Assembly (NCBI GenBank): GCA_951406725.2
Contig: OX597820.1
Location: 19,034,001 to 19,098,000 of the forward strand
DNA from: Octopus vulgaris
Taxonomy: Eukaryota
Direction: 5' to 3'
DNA: 64,000 bases
In this document: positions 39,193 through 51,884 of the stretch, in pieces
Position numbering within the stretch: the stretch's first letter is position 1
Layout: every line of letters begins with the position of its first letter
Notes under the pieces: model-generated
Told to the model about the DNA's origin: nothing
The model's database searches: none
Seen by the model: the letters and a program-made list of their open reading frames with translations, nothing else
Program-made: the position numbers and the translations under genes

Positions 39193-39904
39193 AATAAAGC
39201 AACATTTTTTTTTTTTACAATCTGTTGAATCATGACATCCTTCATCTTTCCCCACAACTACACAGCAACTTGCATCAATTTTACTACAGTTGTTATAGTG
39301 AAGTTTAAGGGTTTTTACTATAAAATTTCCTCTAAACGAAACTATATATTTCTGACTATCCTTTAAACTCCTTTTTACAAACCCATTCTCTCATTTCTTT
39401 TCTTTCCTTTTTTTTTATCGTTTGTTTTTGTTTTCACTTCAACTGCTAGCATAATAATAATAATAACAACAACAAACCATGACTACGATCACTGCTGTCT
39501 TGTATCCATGGTTACTGTTAACTACTTTCATTGTACCTTCTCGCCTTTGTTTGCTTGTAGCCCTTAAGTTTTTATACTTACCTGTATCTGTTGTCCTGAC
39601 CTGAATATCATTTATCTACGCAGTCCTTTCTTGATTTCAAGTTTTTTTTTTTTTTTTTTTCTTCTTCGTTTTTTTCCGTTCTCTTGACTCAAGAAATTTC
39701 AAATAAGGACAAGCTATGAAATTGTTTATTGCAATTACTCAATCTTATTAAAAATTCTAAACCTACAAAATTTAAGGCTTCAGTATCATCATCATCATCA
39801 TCGTCATCACCACCACCACCACTGTTGCTATCATCATCATCATCACCACCACCACCATCACCGTCACCACCACCGTCACTATCATCATCATCATCATCAT
39901 CATC

Positions 39905-40107
39905 ACGGCAAGTTGGCAGAAATGTTTGCTTACCAGGTGAATTGCTTAGCGGAATTTAGTCCATTTTTATGTTCTGAGTTCAAGTTTCGCCAAGGTCGAC
40001 TTTGTCTTACATCCTTTCTGGGTTGATAAATTAAGTACCAGTTGGGTACTGGGGTCGATGTAATTGACTAGCCCCCTCCCACCAAATTTGTGCCTTTAGT
40101 AGAAAGG

Positions 40108-40168
<61 letters not shown>

Positions 40169-40410
40169 TTATTATTATTATTAAAGCGGCGAGTTGGCAG
40201 AATCGTTAGCACACTGGTCAAAATGCTTAGTGGTATTTTGCCCATCACTATGTTGTGAGTTCAAATTCTGCTGAGGTCAACTTTGCCTTTCATCCTTTTG
40301 GGGGTAAATAAATGAAGTACCAGTGAAACACTGGGGTTGATGTGATTGACTCAGCCCCTCCCCACAAATTGCTGCCCTTATGGCAGAATTTGAAACAAAT
40401 ATTATTATTA
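39905..40410 (+). mobile_element. Two head-to-tail SINE-B variants with (ATT)n tails
   Basis: Same head and core as SINE-B but alternative tails ...GTAGAAAGGATT(ATT)n and ...AATTTGAAACAAAT(ATT)n. Confidence 0.8.
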
Positions 40411-40924
40411 TTTGTTTGTTTGTTTGTTTGTTTTGATAACTGAGTTATTTAATAATTGCTATTAATAAGAATATTATAGGTTTATAAGTCTGGTACTGAT
40501 TCTATCGGTTTCTTTTGCCAAATCACTATGTTACAAAGATGTAAACAAACCAACAATGGGTGGGGTATGTGACAAAGGCACGCAGTCACACTCACATACA
40601 CACATCTGCGATGGGCTTCCAAACAATTTCTGTCTATTAGATTTATTCACAAAGCATTAACTGACTTCAGGCTATAGTAAAAGATACTGGCCACAAGGTG
40701 CCATGCAGTGAGTCTGAACCCAAAACCTCAATTTCAAAGTGAGCTTCATAACCACCCAGCCATTGTAGGTTTGCTGTGAATTTAATAAAATAATGTTTTA
40801 ATATGATTTTTACCATTGGTTAGTGATCGATTGCTCAATGAATGCATCTCATCGCTGGTTGAATTGACCATTTACATTTCCGGTAAAACCCAGAAACCCA
40901 ACCAAAAATTATCATACATGACAC

Positions 40925-41350
40925 TTTTAAGTCCCTGTCAAATCACACCCTCAACTCCCCATTAAATCGCACCCTCAAGTCCCCTTCAAATTACACATTC
41001 AAGTCCCCATCATATTACACACCCTCAAGTCTCAGTTGAATCACATCCTCAACTCGCCGTTAAATCACACCCTCAAATCCTGTCAAAACAAACTTTCAAA
41101 TCCCTCTCAAATCATGCCTTCAAGTCCCTGTCAAATACACACCCTCAAGTCCCCGTCAGATCATGCCTTCAAGTCACCGTCAAATATACACCCTCAAGTC
41201 CCCGTCAAATCATGCCTTCAAGTCACCATCAAATATACACCCTCAAATCCCAGTCAAATCACACTCTCAACTCCCCAAGTCCCAGTCTAATACACACCGT
41301 CAAGTTCCTGTCAAATCACACTGCCAATTCTCCGTCAAATCACACCCTAC
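40925..41350. repeat. Minisatellite, ~24-25 bp unit TCAAATCACACCCTCAAGTCCCCG, about 17 copies
   Basis: Direct inspection; alternating CATGCCTT and ATACACCC variants in 41107-41255. Confidence 0.9.
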
Positions 41351-41902
41351 CAACTTAAAAATAGGATGCTTTAAATAGTACAGTCAGAGGTATGTATGAC
41401 ATGAACAAAGATGGAATGGTCATGGCTAGAATGCCTTTAACCATAGGTCTGCTTGATCGTGGTTGGTCGGGGAACAAAAACAACAACAGTAACAACACAA
41501 AAGATGCACAAACCTTCAACATTTCCTCTCCTACCCCCACCCCCCACTGCACACGATGATCGTGTATTCAATCTGAATTATTTATTGTACCTGTTTTATA
41601 ATACATTGACTGTTAATTGTTGCCAGGTGCTGTTATTCACTTGGATAAATAAATTATACAATCATTAGCAATAGTCACATGATATAAGTCTGAAATTACT
41701 TTCAAACCACTGTTTACAATGACTCTGTATGTATATATTGATTATTGCCATTACCATCATCATCATCATCGTCATCGTCATCATCGTCATTGTCATCATC
41801 ATTGTTTTGGATTTAGAGGTTATTCGAATGAACGGTGATGTTTCTTTCTCCCTTGTAACAAAAGAGAGCGGAAAGAGAGAGGGAGGGAGGGAGATCTTAG
41901 CC

Positions 41903-41957
41903 ATGTTAAAGTCTTCTCCGAGATTTTGTATCTTTCTTTGTCTGTTTGTCACCCCGG
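41903..41957 (+). other. Candidate first exon encoding signal-peptide-like MLKSSPRFCIFLCLFVTP (phase-1 donor)
   Basis: GCCATG context, basic then hydrophobic N-terminus, CGG|GTAACT donor (weak). Confidence 0.2.
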
Positions 41958-42354
41958 GTAACTGTCGGCCACAGGTGTCTCTTCTATTAATTCTTTTTTT
42001 TCTTCTGTACGTTCCTACTACCTATTACCACTTGCTCTTAGATACCTTTAAAAATGTTACTATCTGCTTTGTCTAATGAAGTTTATTCTAGCCGTTGTAT
42101 TTTCTGTATTTGCGTGTGTGTGTGTGTGTTTCAGTAAATCACTCTTCTTTCTCATAAACAGGTCCACTGCTGGGAGAATATATAGTTAATACTTCAGGAT
42201 TGTCATTGTGTATGCTCCTTTCTCAACCTCTCTGACACCATAATAAATTACAAATTATCTATGAGCCAACAAGAAAGCTTCTATGCAGTTACCTGCCTGC
42301 TTGACCAGCTAAAATAGTAACCAAATCTCATTCAAATCACATCATACTCTCTCT

Positions 42355-42563
42355 CTCTTTTACTTGTTTCAGTCATTTGACTGCGGCCATGCTGGAGCAC
42401 CGCCTTTAATCGAGCAACTCGACCCCGGGACTTATTCTTTTTGTAAGCCCAGTACTTATTCTATCGGTCTCTTTTGCCGAACCGCTAAGTAACGGGGACA
42501 TAAACATACCAGCATCGGTTGTCAAGCAATGCTAGGGGGACAAACACAGACACACACACACGC

Positions 42564-42596
<33 letters not shown>

Positions 42597-42762
42597 TATA
42601 TATACGACGGGCTTCTTTCAGTTTCCGTCTACCAAATCCACCCACAAGGCTTTGGTCGGCCCGAGGCTATAGTACACTTGCCCAAGGTGCCACGCAGTGG
42701 GACTGAACCCAGAACCATGTGGTTGGTACACAAGCTACTTACCACACAGCCACTCCTGCGCC
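42355..42762 (-). mobile_element. SINE-A
   Basis: Reverse complement of 31700-32094. Confidence 0.9.
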
Positions 42763-42812
42763 TAATAATAAAAGTACCATAATAATAAAAAAAGAAAGGA
42801 AAGTCATTTTAA

Positions 42813-43033
42813 CCCTTTAGTGTTCGCATTATTCTGCCAAAATTAATCCTTTTTTATCCACATTGTTTTGATCTAATCACACATTATCTTGTAGCTCTAA
42901 GATTTTAATGAGGTAGCTGTTAATTTTTAAAACGATATTGTAGGGTTGGTGTGGGAGACCAGATCTGGCCAGTTTGAACATAAAACAGGCAGAATACTTT
43001 TGGCCAGATATGACCGGTTTAAATGCTGAAAGG
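42813..43033. mobile_element. Family D piggyBac-like MITE
   Basis: TTAA-CCCTTTAG...CTGAAAGG-TTAA. Confidence 0.85.
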
Positions 43034-43141
43034 TTAAATATTCGGTTGTGTCTAGGGAAGGTCATTATATCAATATTATTAACACACACACTGGTTCAAT
43101 TCCACTCTCTTATTATTAGTCAATTGGTTAATTATTCAATT

Positions 43142-43650
43142 AACTAACTAACTGATTGTTCATTTAATTTGCAAACCTGATGCAAAAATATTTTAAATGT
43201 GATTTCTAGACCTGCTTTTGGCGGGTGGGTGACATGGTTGGTAAGCCAAATGAATGTGTGTGTGTGTGCATACATATGTGTAGATATGCGTTTGTGTACA
43301 AGTGTGTTTGTGTGTGTTTGTGCATGCGTGTGTACAAGTTTGTTGTCTCTTTGTCTTGACATTGCGTGCCAAATGTAAATGAGTGTTGTCATGCAAGCGG
43401 TGTCGTTTGTTTGCAGTGGGTTAACTGTCCAACTAACCAATTGATTGTTCATATAATTTGCAACCCAGATACAAAAACACTTTAAATAGGATTTCTAGAC
43501 CTGATGTTGGTGGGTGGGTGGGTGACATGGTTGGTAAGCCAAGTGAGTGTGTGTGTGTGTGTTTGTGTGCAAGTTTGTTTTCTTGTCTTGACATTGCATG
43601 CCAGATGTAAACGAGTGTCACTGTCATACAAGCAGTGTCGTTTGTTTGCA
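43142..43650. repeat. Tandem duplication of ~220-275 bp (43142-43415 and 43431-43650)
   Basis: Shared TGATTGTTCAT.TAATTTGCAA...GATTTCTAGACCTG...GTGTCGTTTGTTTGCA. Confidence 0.85.
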
Positions 43651-44715
43651 ATTGGGAGAAATATTACCTCGCTTGGGAATAAGTGAGGGTTCGCAACAGG
43701 AAGGGCATCCAGCCACATAAAAATCCGCCTCAGTAAACTCCTTCCAGCCCATGCAAGCACAGAAAAGTTGATGTTGAAACAGTGATGCAGTTTCTTGCAT
43801 TAAACCTAAAGAATAAATGCAAAAGTTTGTTTTGATATTTTTTATCTTTTACTTGTTTCAGTCATTTGACTGCAGCCATCCTGGGGCACTGCCTTGAAGG
43901 GACTTGGTCCAGCAAGTTGCCCCACACGACTTATTTTTAAGCCTAGCACTTATTCTATCAGTCTCTTTTGCTGAACTGCTAAGTTACAGGGATGTAAACA
44001 TACCAACACTGATTATCAAGCAGTAGTGGGGAGACAAATTGATACACACACACACACACACACACATATACATAAGAGTCTTTGACTATTGTTTCTAGCA
44101 ATGCTGGAGCTGCACTGTCCCCTAGTCACTTTTAATGACAGTGAATTTTTCCTTCTTGGTTTAAAATTGCGTCTAGCCACCTTACTCATTTTATGATTTT
44201 CACATTACCATTTTGCTGAATCAGCCATTGATTCTTATGGTAAATTCTATAAATACTGAGAAATGGAATTCAGCTTAACCACTAGCGATGGAGTAACATC
44301 ACTGATGATCATTGATTTAATGCGAAATTGGTGTGCCAATCTGATGTCCTCGCTTGTGGTGTGGAGGTTGCTTCTCTTGCCAGTATGTAGAACTGTGCCT
44401 TGTTTGTGGCTAAAGAATTTTTGACTCTTGTTTCTAGCAATGCTGTTGCTGCCCTGCATCCTTCATCAATTTTAGTGATGGTGAATTTTTCCTTTTGGTT
44501 TTTAAATTGCATCTAACCACCTTCATCATTTTATATATGTGTGTGTGTTTGTATATATATATATGTGTATATAGGATTTGCTTCTTTCAGTTTCCGTCTA
44601 CCAAATCCATTCACAAGGCATTAGTTGAGACAAGGCCATAGTAGAAGACACTTGCCCAAGGTGCCACGCAGTGGGACTGAACCCGGAACCATGTCGTTGG
44701 GAAGCAAGCTTCTTA

Positions 44716-44947
44716 TTTCTTTATTGCCCATAAGGAGCTAAACATACAGGGAACAAACAAGGACAGACAAACGGATTAAGTTGATTACATTGACCCCCAG
44801 TGCGTAACTGGTACTTAATTTATCGACCCCAAAAGGATGAATGGCAAAGTCGACCTCTGCAGAATTTGAACTGAAAACGTAGCGGCAGACGAAATACCGC
44901 TAAGCATTTTGCCCTGCGTGCTAACGTTTCTGCCGGCTCACGGCCTT
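44716..44947 (-). mobile_element. SINE-B nested in a SINE-A head, 20-bp TSD
   Basis: GTTGGGAAGCAAGCTTCTTA at 44696-44715 and 44952-44971. Confidence 0.9.
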
Positions 44948-45349
44948 CCCGGTTGGGAAGCAAGCTTCTTACCACACAGCCACATCTGCACCTATATTTT
45001 CAACAATTTAAAAATACATTCGCAAATTAACATGATTATGTATTAGTTTGGACAGCATGGATTAAATATAAGTTGCTAATTTCGGTGCCAAGATTTTACA
45101 GTATTTTTCATGTCTTAACGATATTCTCAGATGACATATTATTCCCATGTCTATTTTTATTTATTTTAGTATTCTTTCTTTCAGTTCTGTAGCTTGGCTC
45201 TTAAATCTGAGCCTTTATGTAGCAGTCGCCACTAATAACACATTTCCTTAAACAACCTAGTCTAATATTGGTTCTTAATACTAAAGTACATTTTCTCTCA
45301 CCGAAATGCTTTTTAGCAATTTCAACACTTTTCTTTTTCCCTTTTGTTT

Positions 45350-45910
45350 ACGATCAAATTCTGATATCCTTGAATAGAAGCACACTTCATTTCGTTGTTG
45401 TTTGATATCTTTTTTTAAGCTCTTATCTCTGTCTCCCTCCTCTGTTCTCATCCCTCCTGTATATTATGTTGTCAAATAAGATTTGCACTATTCTGGATCT
45501 GTAAGAGCTCCATCGTCGATCTTTATGTCTTGCTAACTAATAATTTCATACCGTATCGCAAGCAAGTTGCTCTCATACATGAATATTTCTAACTTATTTT
45601 TTTCCATTTTCTGGCTATTTTAAGTACTCAGCTATTTCTACACCTATCTATCATAATTTAAATGTTTAGAATAACCAGTTTGATTTTCCTTTCTTTCTTG
45701 TATTTTTCTAAAGGAATCTTTCACATTTTAGGGTATTTTTTCCCTTAAATAATCTACAGCCAGGTGTCAAAATTTTCAGTATTTCATTTCATATCTATGT
45801 CTTCTTGTAAACATATTGTAATTCCTGTTATCAGCTTAACTTAACTTAGTGTCCACCACACTTTATAAACCATTAACAGCACGGATCTTATCGCTTGGTC
45901 TTCATATTCT
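45350..45910 (-). pseudogene. Very old CR1-like LINE RT/3' remnant
   Basis: Minus-strand remnants in the expected order: SVLLMVY (cf. GSVLGP.LF..Y), VDTKL (cf. ADDTKL), CLQEDID, DTWL; heavily disrupted. Confidence 0.45.
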
Positions 45911-47809
45911 ATGTCTTAAACATGTATTTAAGAACATTATCTTTCATAGGTTGGTTTGATTGCTTTATAGAAGTCTCAAGAATAGGTGGATATTAAAGCA
46001 CTTCTTTTTTTTTTCTCTCCAACACCTCCTTTGTCGTGATGGATTGTGCAGATTTTTATATTTTTCATTTCATGCAACGGAAGCAAGTGGAGTAATATTC
46101 TAAAAGCTGTGGTAATGACAGAACTTAGACTCATGGCATTTCAGACACTTTTACTGTTTCTCTTTTACATGTTTCTGTCATTGGACTGTGGCCATACTGG
46201 AGCACCAACTTAACAGTTTTAGTCGAACACATCAACTCCAATGCCTTTTTTAAAAGTCATCCAAGAGCACCATCCGAGCGTGATCGTTGCCAGAGCAGCC
46301 AACTGGCTTCCGTGCCGGTGGCATGTAAAAGGGCACCGTTCGAGCGTGATTGTTACTAACGTCGCCTTGCTGGCACCTGTGCCGGTGGCATGTGTAAAAA
46401 GATTCGAACGAGGTCATTGCCAGTACCACCTGACAGGCCCCCGTGCCGGTGGCACGTAAAATGCACCCACTACACTCTCGGAGTGGTTTTGCATTAGGAA
46501 GGGCATCCAGTTGTAGAAACTCTGCCAGATCAAGATTGGAACCTGGTGCAACCATCTGGTTCGCCAGTCCTCAGTCAAAATCGTCCAACCCATGCTAGCA
46601 TGGAAAGCGGATGTTAAATGATGATGATGATGATGATGATCCTGTTGGTCTCTTTTGCTGAACCACAAGGTTACCTGGACATAAACAAACCGACAGCAGT
46701 TGTCAAGCAGAGCAAGGGAGGGTAAAAACACATGGGCACAAAACACACACACACACACACACATGACAGGCTTCCACACAGTTTCCATCATAAGGCAATT
46801 GGTCAGCTCCACTGTCTGCATTAGTATGGCCTCTATGTTCAGATTCCCTTTCTAATGCCAATCACTTCACAGCCTTTACTGGATGTTTTTTTCCTTTTGT
46901 GCCCCCTAGCACTTACGAATATTGAAATTGTTAAACACCTCGAGGTAACTATGAACACTTAGCAGGGTGGGATCAGCTTCATGCCAGGGGTGAGGGTATA
47001 AAATATGATAGAAGCAGTAGGGAGGGCAGAGCAAATTCTTGTTGGATCTCAAATTCTGATCGTTGGAAACTGTTGACTACCATATTAATCATTCTATCAT
47101 TGTGTATACTCTTTGCTCTTTTACTTTTTTACTTGTTTCAGTCATCTGACTGTGGCCATGCTGCAGCACCGCCTTTAGTCGAGCAAATCGACCCCATAGC
47201 TTATTCTTTGTAAGCCTAGTACTTTTGCCGAACCACTAAGTTACGGGGACGTAAACACACCTGCATCGGTTGTCAAGCGATGTTGGGGGGGACAAACACA
47301 GACACACATACATATATATATATATATATACTTATATACAACAGGCTTCTAACAAGTCTGTAGCTGTATAAACCTGAAAAGGGGGAAGAAAATCAACATT
47401 GAGCATTTGTATTTAATGAAGCAATGCTGAATGTAAAAAACCAGGTTTGTGAGGTAAAAAAATATAAGCTGTCCCCATTGAGTTATGCTGTTGTTTTGGG
47501 TGTGTCAAAGCTGTGTGAAGGTGACAGCATGTTTGAGTGGAATGTCGTAAGTTTGGTACAACTGCTTGATTGATTTTTTTCCTGATATTGTTGGGGTTTA
47601 ATTACGCAATTGAAGTGTGCTGGTATTACTTAGATTGCGCAATCGAGACGTGAGACCACCGTTGCCTAGCAACAGCTGTGGCAGTATATTGTGTGCACAG
47701 ACACGCGCGCGTGTGTACATGTGTGTGTGTGTATGTGCGAGCGTGTGTGTGTATGTGCGAGCGTGTGTGTGTGTGTGTGTGTGTGTGCATGCGAGCGTGT
47801 ATGTATGTA

Positions 47810-47841
<32 letters not shown>

Positions 47842-47897
47842 CACACACACACAGAGCGAAACGGAGAGAGAAGGGGATATAGATGTGGGTATTTGTG

Positions 47898-47973
<76 letters not shown>

Positions 47974-48398
47974 ATGTATGTACATACATATGTGTATATA
48001 TATATTTGTACACACGCTGATATATATATACATGCATGCATACATATATAATTTTACCTTCTATTTCTTTCAGAGGCATAGAATAAGTACCCAGGCTTAA
48101 AAAAAGAGAAAGCACTGGTGTTAAGGCTGTGCTCCAGCATGGCCAGAGTTTAATGGGCTGAAACAAGTAATACAAAACAAAACAAAATGAAACATAAAGA
48201 CCCTACCACGATGAATGATGAATTCTCCTGTTGATTTCGATGTATAGGTGTCAACAGGATAACCTACTTGTTGAAAGAGCATATGAAGTGGCTGAGTATT
48301 CCTCTGACATGTCTATCGCTGAATGTGTGAAGGGGTGTAGCTTAGTGGTTTGAGTATTCAGTTCACGAATGGAAGGGCATGTATATATATATATATAC

Positions 48399-48805
48399 AC
48401 TCTTTTTACTCTCTTTTACTTGTTTCAGTCATTTGACTGCAATCATGCTGGAGCACCGCCTTTAGTCTAGCAAATCAACCCCAGGACTTATTCTTTGTAA
48501 GCCCAGTACTTATTCTATCGGTCTCTTTTGCCGAACCGCTAAGTGACAGGGACGTAAACACACCAGCATCGGTTGTCAAGCAATGCTAGGGGGACAAACA
48601 CACAAACACACACATATACACATATATATATATACATATATACGACAGGCTTCTTTCAGTTTCCGTCTACCAAATCCACTCACAAGGCATTGGTCGGCCC
48701 GGGGCTATAGCAGAAGACACTTGCCCAAGATGCCACGCAGTGGGACTGAACCCGGAACCATGTGGTTGGTTAGCAAGCTACTTACCACACAGCCACTCCT
48801 GCGCC
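48399..48805 (-). mobile_element. SINE-A
   Basis: Reverse complement of 31700-32094; further minus copies at ~49215-49558, 51212-51654, 57040-57350 and 61405-61803. Confidence 0.9.
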
Positions 48806-48818
48806 TTTATATATATAT

Positions 48819-49014
48819 AAAGGGAAAGTTTACGAAAATAAACAAAAGACGAAGACAGGTGGTGTACAAAACAAACAGATGTATTAGTATAGCGATCAGG
48901 AATAGAAAAAGTCTTTTACGTTTCAAGCCTATGCTCTTCTACAGAAAGGAACACAGAGAAACAAGGAGAGAAAAAAAATGTGTGTTGTGGCTAACGATCT
49001 ATCATGGCGTCTGA
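48819..49014 (-). mobile_element. Hammerhead-bearing short element (copy 2; motif at 48912-48949)
   Basis: Reverse complement reads CTTT-CTGTAGA-A-GAGC atag GCTT-GAAACGTA-AAAG; flanked by (TA)n. Confidence 0.7.
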
Positions 49015-49026
49015 TATATATATATA

Positions 49027-49057
<31 letters not shown>

Positions 49058-49765
49058 GTATATAAATATATGTGTGTGTATATATATATATATATGTATG
49101 TATATATGTATATATATTTATTGGATGCTAGCATGGGTTGAGTCCAACCCATGCCAGCCTGGAAAGCAGACGTTAAACGATGATGATGATGCATTCTTTC
49201 TTTCATTTATTTTAAATTGTTTCAGTCATTTGACTGCGGCCATGCTGGAGTACCATGGGACTTATTCTTTGTAAACCTAGTACTTATTCTATTGGTCTAT
49301 TTTCTGCCGAACCACTAAGTTACGGGATGTAAACACACCAACATTGATTGTTAAGTGATGGTGGAGGGACAAATACATACAAATATATATATAAATATAA
49401 GTACGATGGGCTTCTTTCAGTTTCCGTCGACCAAATCCATTCACAAGGCTTTAGTCGGCCTGAGGCTATAGTAGAAGACACTTGCCCAAGGTGCCATGCA
49501 GTGTGACTGAATCCGGAACCATGTGGTTGGTAAGCAAGCTACTTACCACACAGCCACTGTGTATGTATATGTGTGTATGTGTATGTATATCTGTATGTAT
49601 ATGTGTGTGTGTTCAGAAGCAGGCTGTTTGGTTGAATAGATCAACTGGAATGTTCGTCGTCATCAACCAACAGAGCACCATTTTTTCTGTAATGTAAATT
49701 TTAAGCGGAATTAGCATGACCCAATCTAACTAGACTGATCCTTTGAAATATAAGTGCATTCCTGG

Positions 49766-49997
49766 AAGGTGGTGAGCTGGCAGAGATGTTAGCGCACCGG
49801 GCGAAATGCTTAGCGGTATTTCGTCTGCCATTACGTTCTGAGTTCAAATTCTGCCAAGGTTGAGTTTGCCTTTCATCCTTTCGGGGTCGATAAATAAAGT
49901 ACCAGTTACGCACTGGGGTCGATATAATCGACTTAATTCCTTTGTCTGTCCTTGTTTGTCCACTCTGTGTTTAGCCCCTTGTGGGCAATAAAGAAAT
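49766..49997 (+). mobile_element. SINE-B, full-length representative with 18-bp TSD
   Basis: tRNA-like head (GAGCTGGCAGA...GAGTTCAAATTC), core TTTGCCTTTCATCCTTTCGGGGTCGATAAA..AAGTACCAG resembling the Meta/MESC SINE domain; TSD ATATAAGTGCATTCCTGG at 49748-49765 and 49998-50015. Confidence 0.9.
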
Positions 49998-50991
49998 ATA
50001 TAAGTGCATTCCTGGGTTAACCCAGGGCTGTAGTAAAATACAACCCCACTCCATGGCTTGGGATTGAACCTGGGGGTTTTCCAAGACTGCAAAGAGAATT
50101 TCTTAACCACTCTGTTATGCCTATGTGTATACCATTACCATAATCATTTCCTTAATGTTCTTTGCTTCGGATAAATTCAAAAAACAACTTTAAACAATCT
50201 TCATTTTATCCAAGACACTCCATTATCCAAGAGTGGATCTAACGATTGTTCCTTGAAATGTAATAAAATATATTTCTGCTGTAATAATATTAATATCAGT
50301 AATAATAATAATAATAATAATAATAATGATAATAATAATGAAAGAAAATCATTAAATATTTAACGCTTTAATAGTATTAAAAAAATAACAGAAGTGATCA
50401 ATCAGAGAAATAAATAGTTTTGTTCCGTGTAGAAAAAATATATATATATATAAATAATTTTCGTTGTATGTAGAAAAATATATGAGATGATAAATTTTCA
50501 TTCCCTAAAGAAAAAAAGGGAAAAGAAAAAAAAACGTAGGAAAATAATTGTTGAATATAAATGTTGTGAATATTAAGTGGGTTTGTAATTAATTACATTT
50601 TTAAAGAATATATATATATATATATATTTTTAAGGAATATATATATTTCCAGAAATCACATAAGCTTTGCAAGGATCTATAAGGCAGGGGACATGGGGGT
50701 AGGGATTCTTAGAGAAATTTCACCTTCAGATTACATATTCGTGTAAAGATTAAAAGGGGAAAAAAAAACCAATTAATAGGGATTGGCGGGGTCTTTCTCA
50801 TAATTACTAACACCTTATTCATTTTAATCTGCTTTTTTTAATTTGCATGAATTAAATCTTGGGGGTTTTGCCTGAGTTTTGCTATATTTCAACATCTGGA
50901 CAGATATAATTATAGATGTTGTGGCAAAGAAATTATTCCTGTCACTGCTACTTTGAACTATTTTGGTGTGATTTCATCTATTTCTTTACAG

Positions 50992-51138
50992 CAAGAAAAG
51001 GGATTTTTTTCCACGACACAGTACAATGAATGGGATTCTTCTGGGTTCAAATATGCTTCTCAAGCATATTTGAACTGGTAACAACCTTGTATTTATATAT
51101 GTCACTGCTTAGCCCTATAACCCTATGGTGATGACAAG
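50992..51138 (+). other. Candidate non-coding or 5' UTR exon
   Basis: TTTCTTTACAG acceptor and AAG|GTGAGT donor 147 nt apart; stops in all three frames. Confidence 0.2.
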
Positions 51139-51422
51139 GTGAGTCCCTGAATAACACGGCCAGTCATTCAACAATAAAGGGAATATCATTATACATACAC
51201 ATACATACATATACTCTTTATTTGTTTCAGTCATTTGACTGCGGCCATGCTAGAGCACTGCCTTTAGTTGAACAAATTGACCCCAGGACTTATTCTTTAT
51301 AAGCCTAGTGCTTATTCTATTGGTTTTTTTTTTTTGCTGAACCGCTAAGCTACAGGGATGTAAACATGTCACCATCAGTTGTCAAGCGATGTTGGGGGGA
51401 GGGGCAAAAACACAGACACACA

Positions 51423-51482
<60 letters not shown>

Positions 51483-51656
51483 TACATATACAACTGGCTT
51501 CTTTCAGTTTCCATCTATCAAGTCCACTCACAAGGCTTTGGTTGGCCTGAGGCTATAGTAGACGACACTTGCCCAAGGTGCCAAGCATTGGGACTGAACC
51601 CCAGAATCATGTGGTTGGTAAGCAAGCTACTTACCACACAGCCACTCCTGCACCTA

Positions 51657-51814
51657 TATGTGGTTCCCTTTTTCAGACTTAACCCTTCTTTCCGATGAAG
51701 AGCTATGCTTGAAATGTCAAAAGCTCTCTCTTTTTACCGAGTGTCAAACTAATATATTCCTTACACACGTCCTCTTGTCTGTTATTAATTTTATTGCTTG
51801 TTTATTTGAATTGA

Positions 51815-51818
<4 letters not shown>
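51657..51818 (+). mobile_element. Diverged hammerhead-bearing short element (second subfamily; motif at 51688-51723)
   Basis: CTTT-CCGATGA-A-GAGC tat GCTT-GAAA-TG-TC-AAAAG followed by the shared GAGTGTCAAACTAATA block, then (TA)n. Confidence 0.6.

Positions 51819-51884
<66 letters not shown>

Noticed and set aside
48583-49014. Recurrent peptide ...YSRRHLPKMPRSGTEPGTMWLVSKLL... found in many ORFs
   Set aside because: Antisense translation of SINE-A; recurrence reflects repeat copy number, not a protein family.
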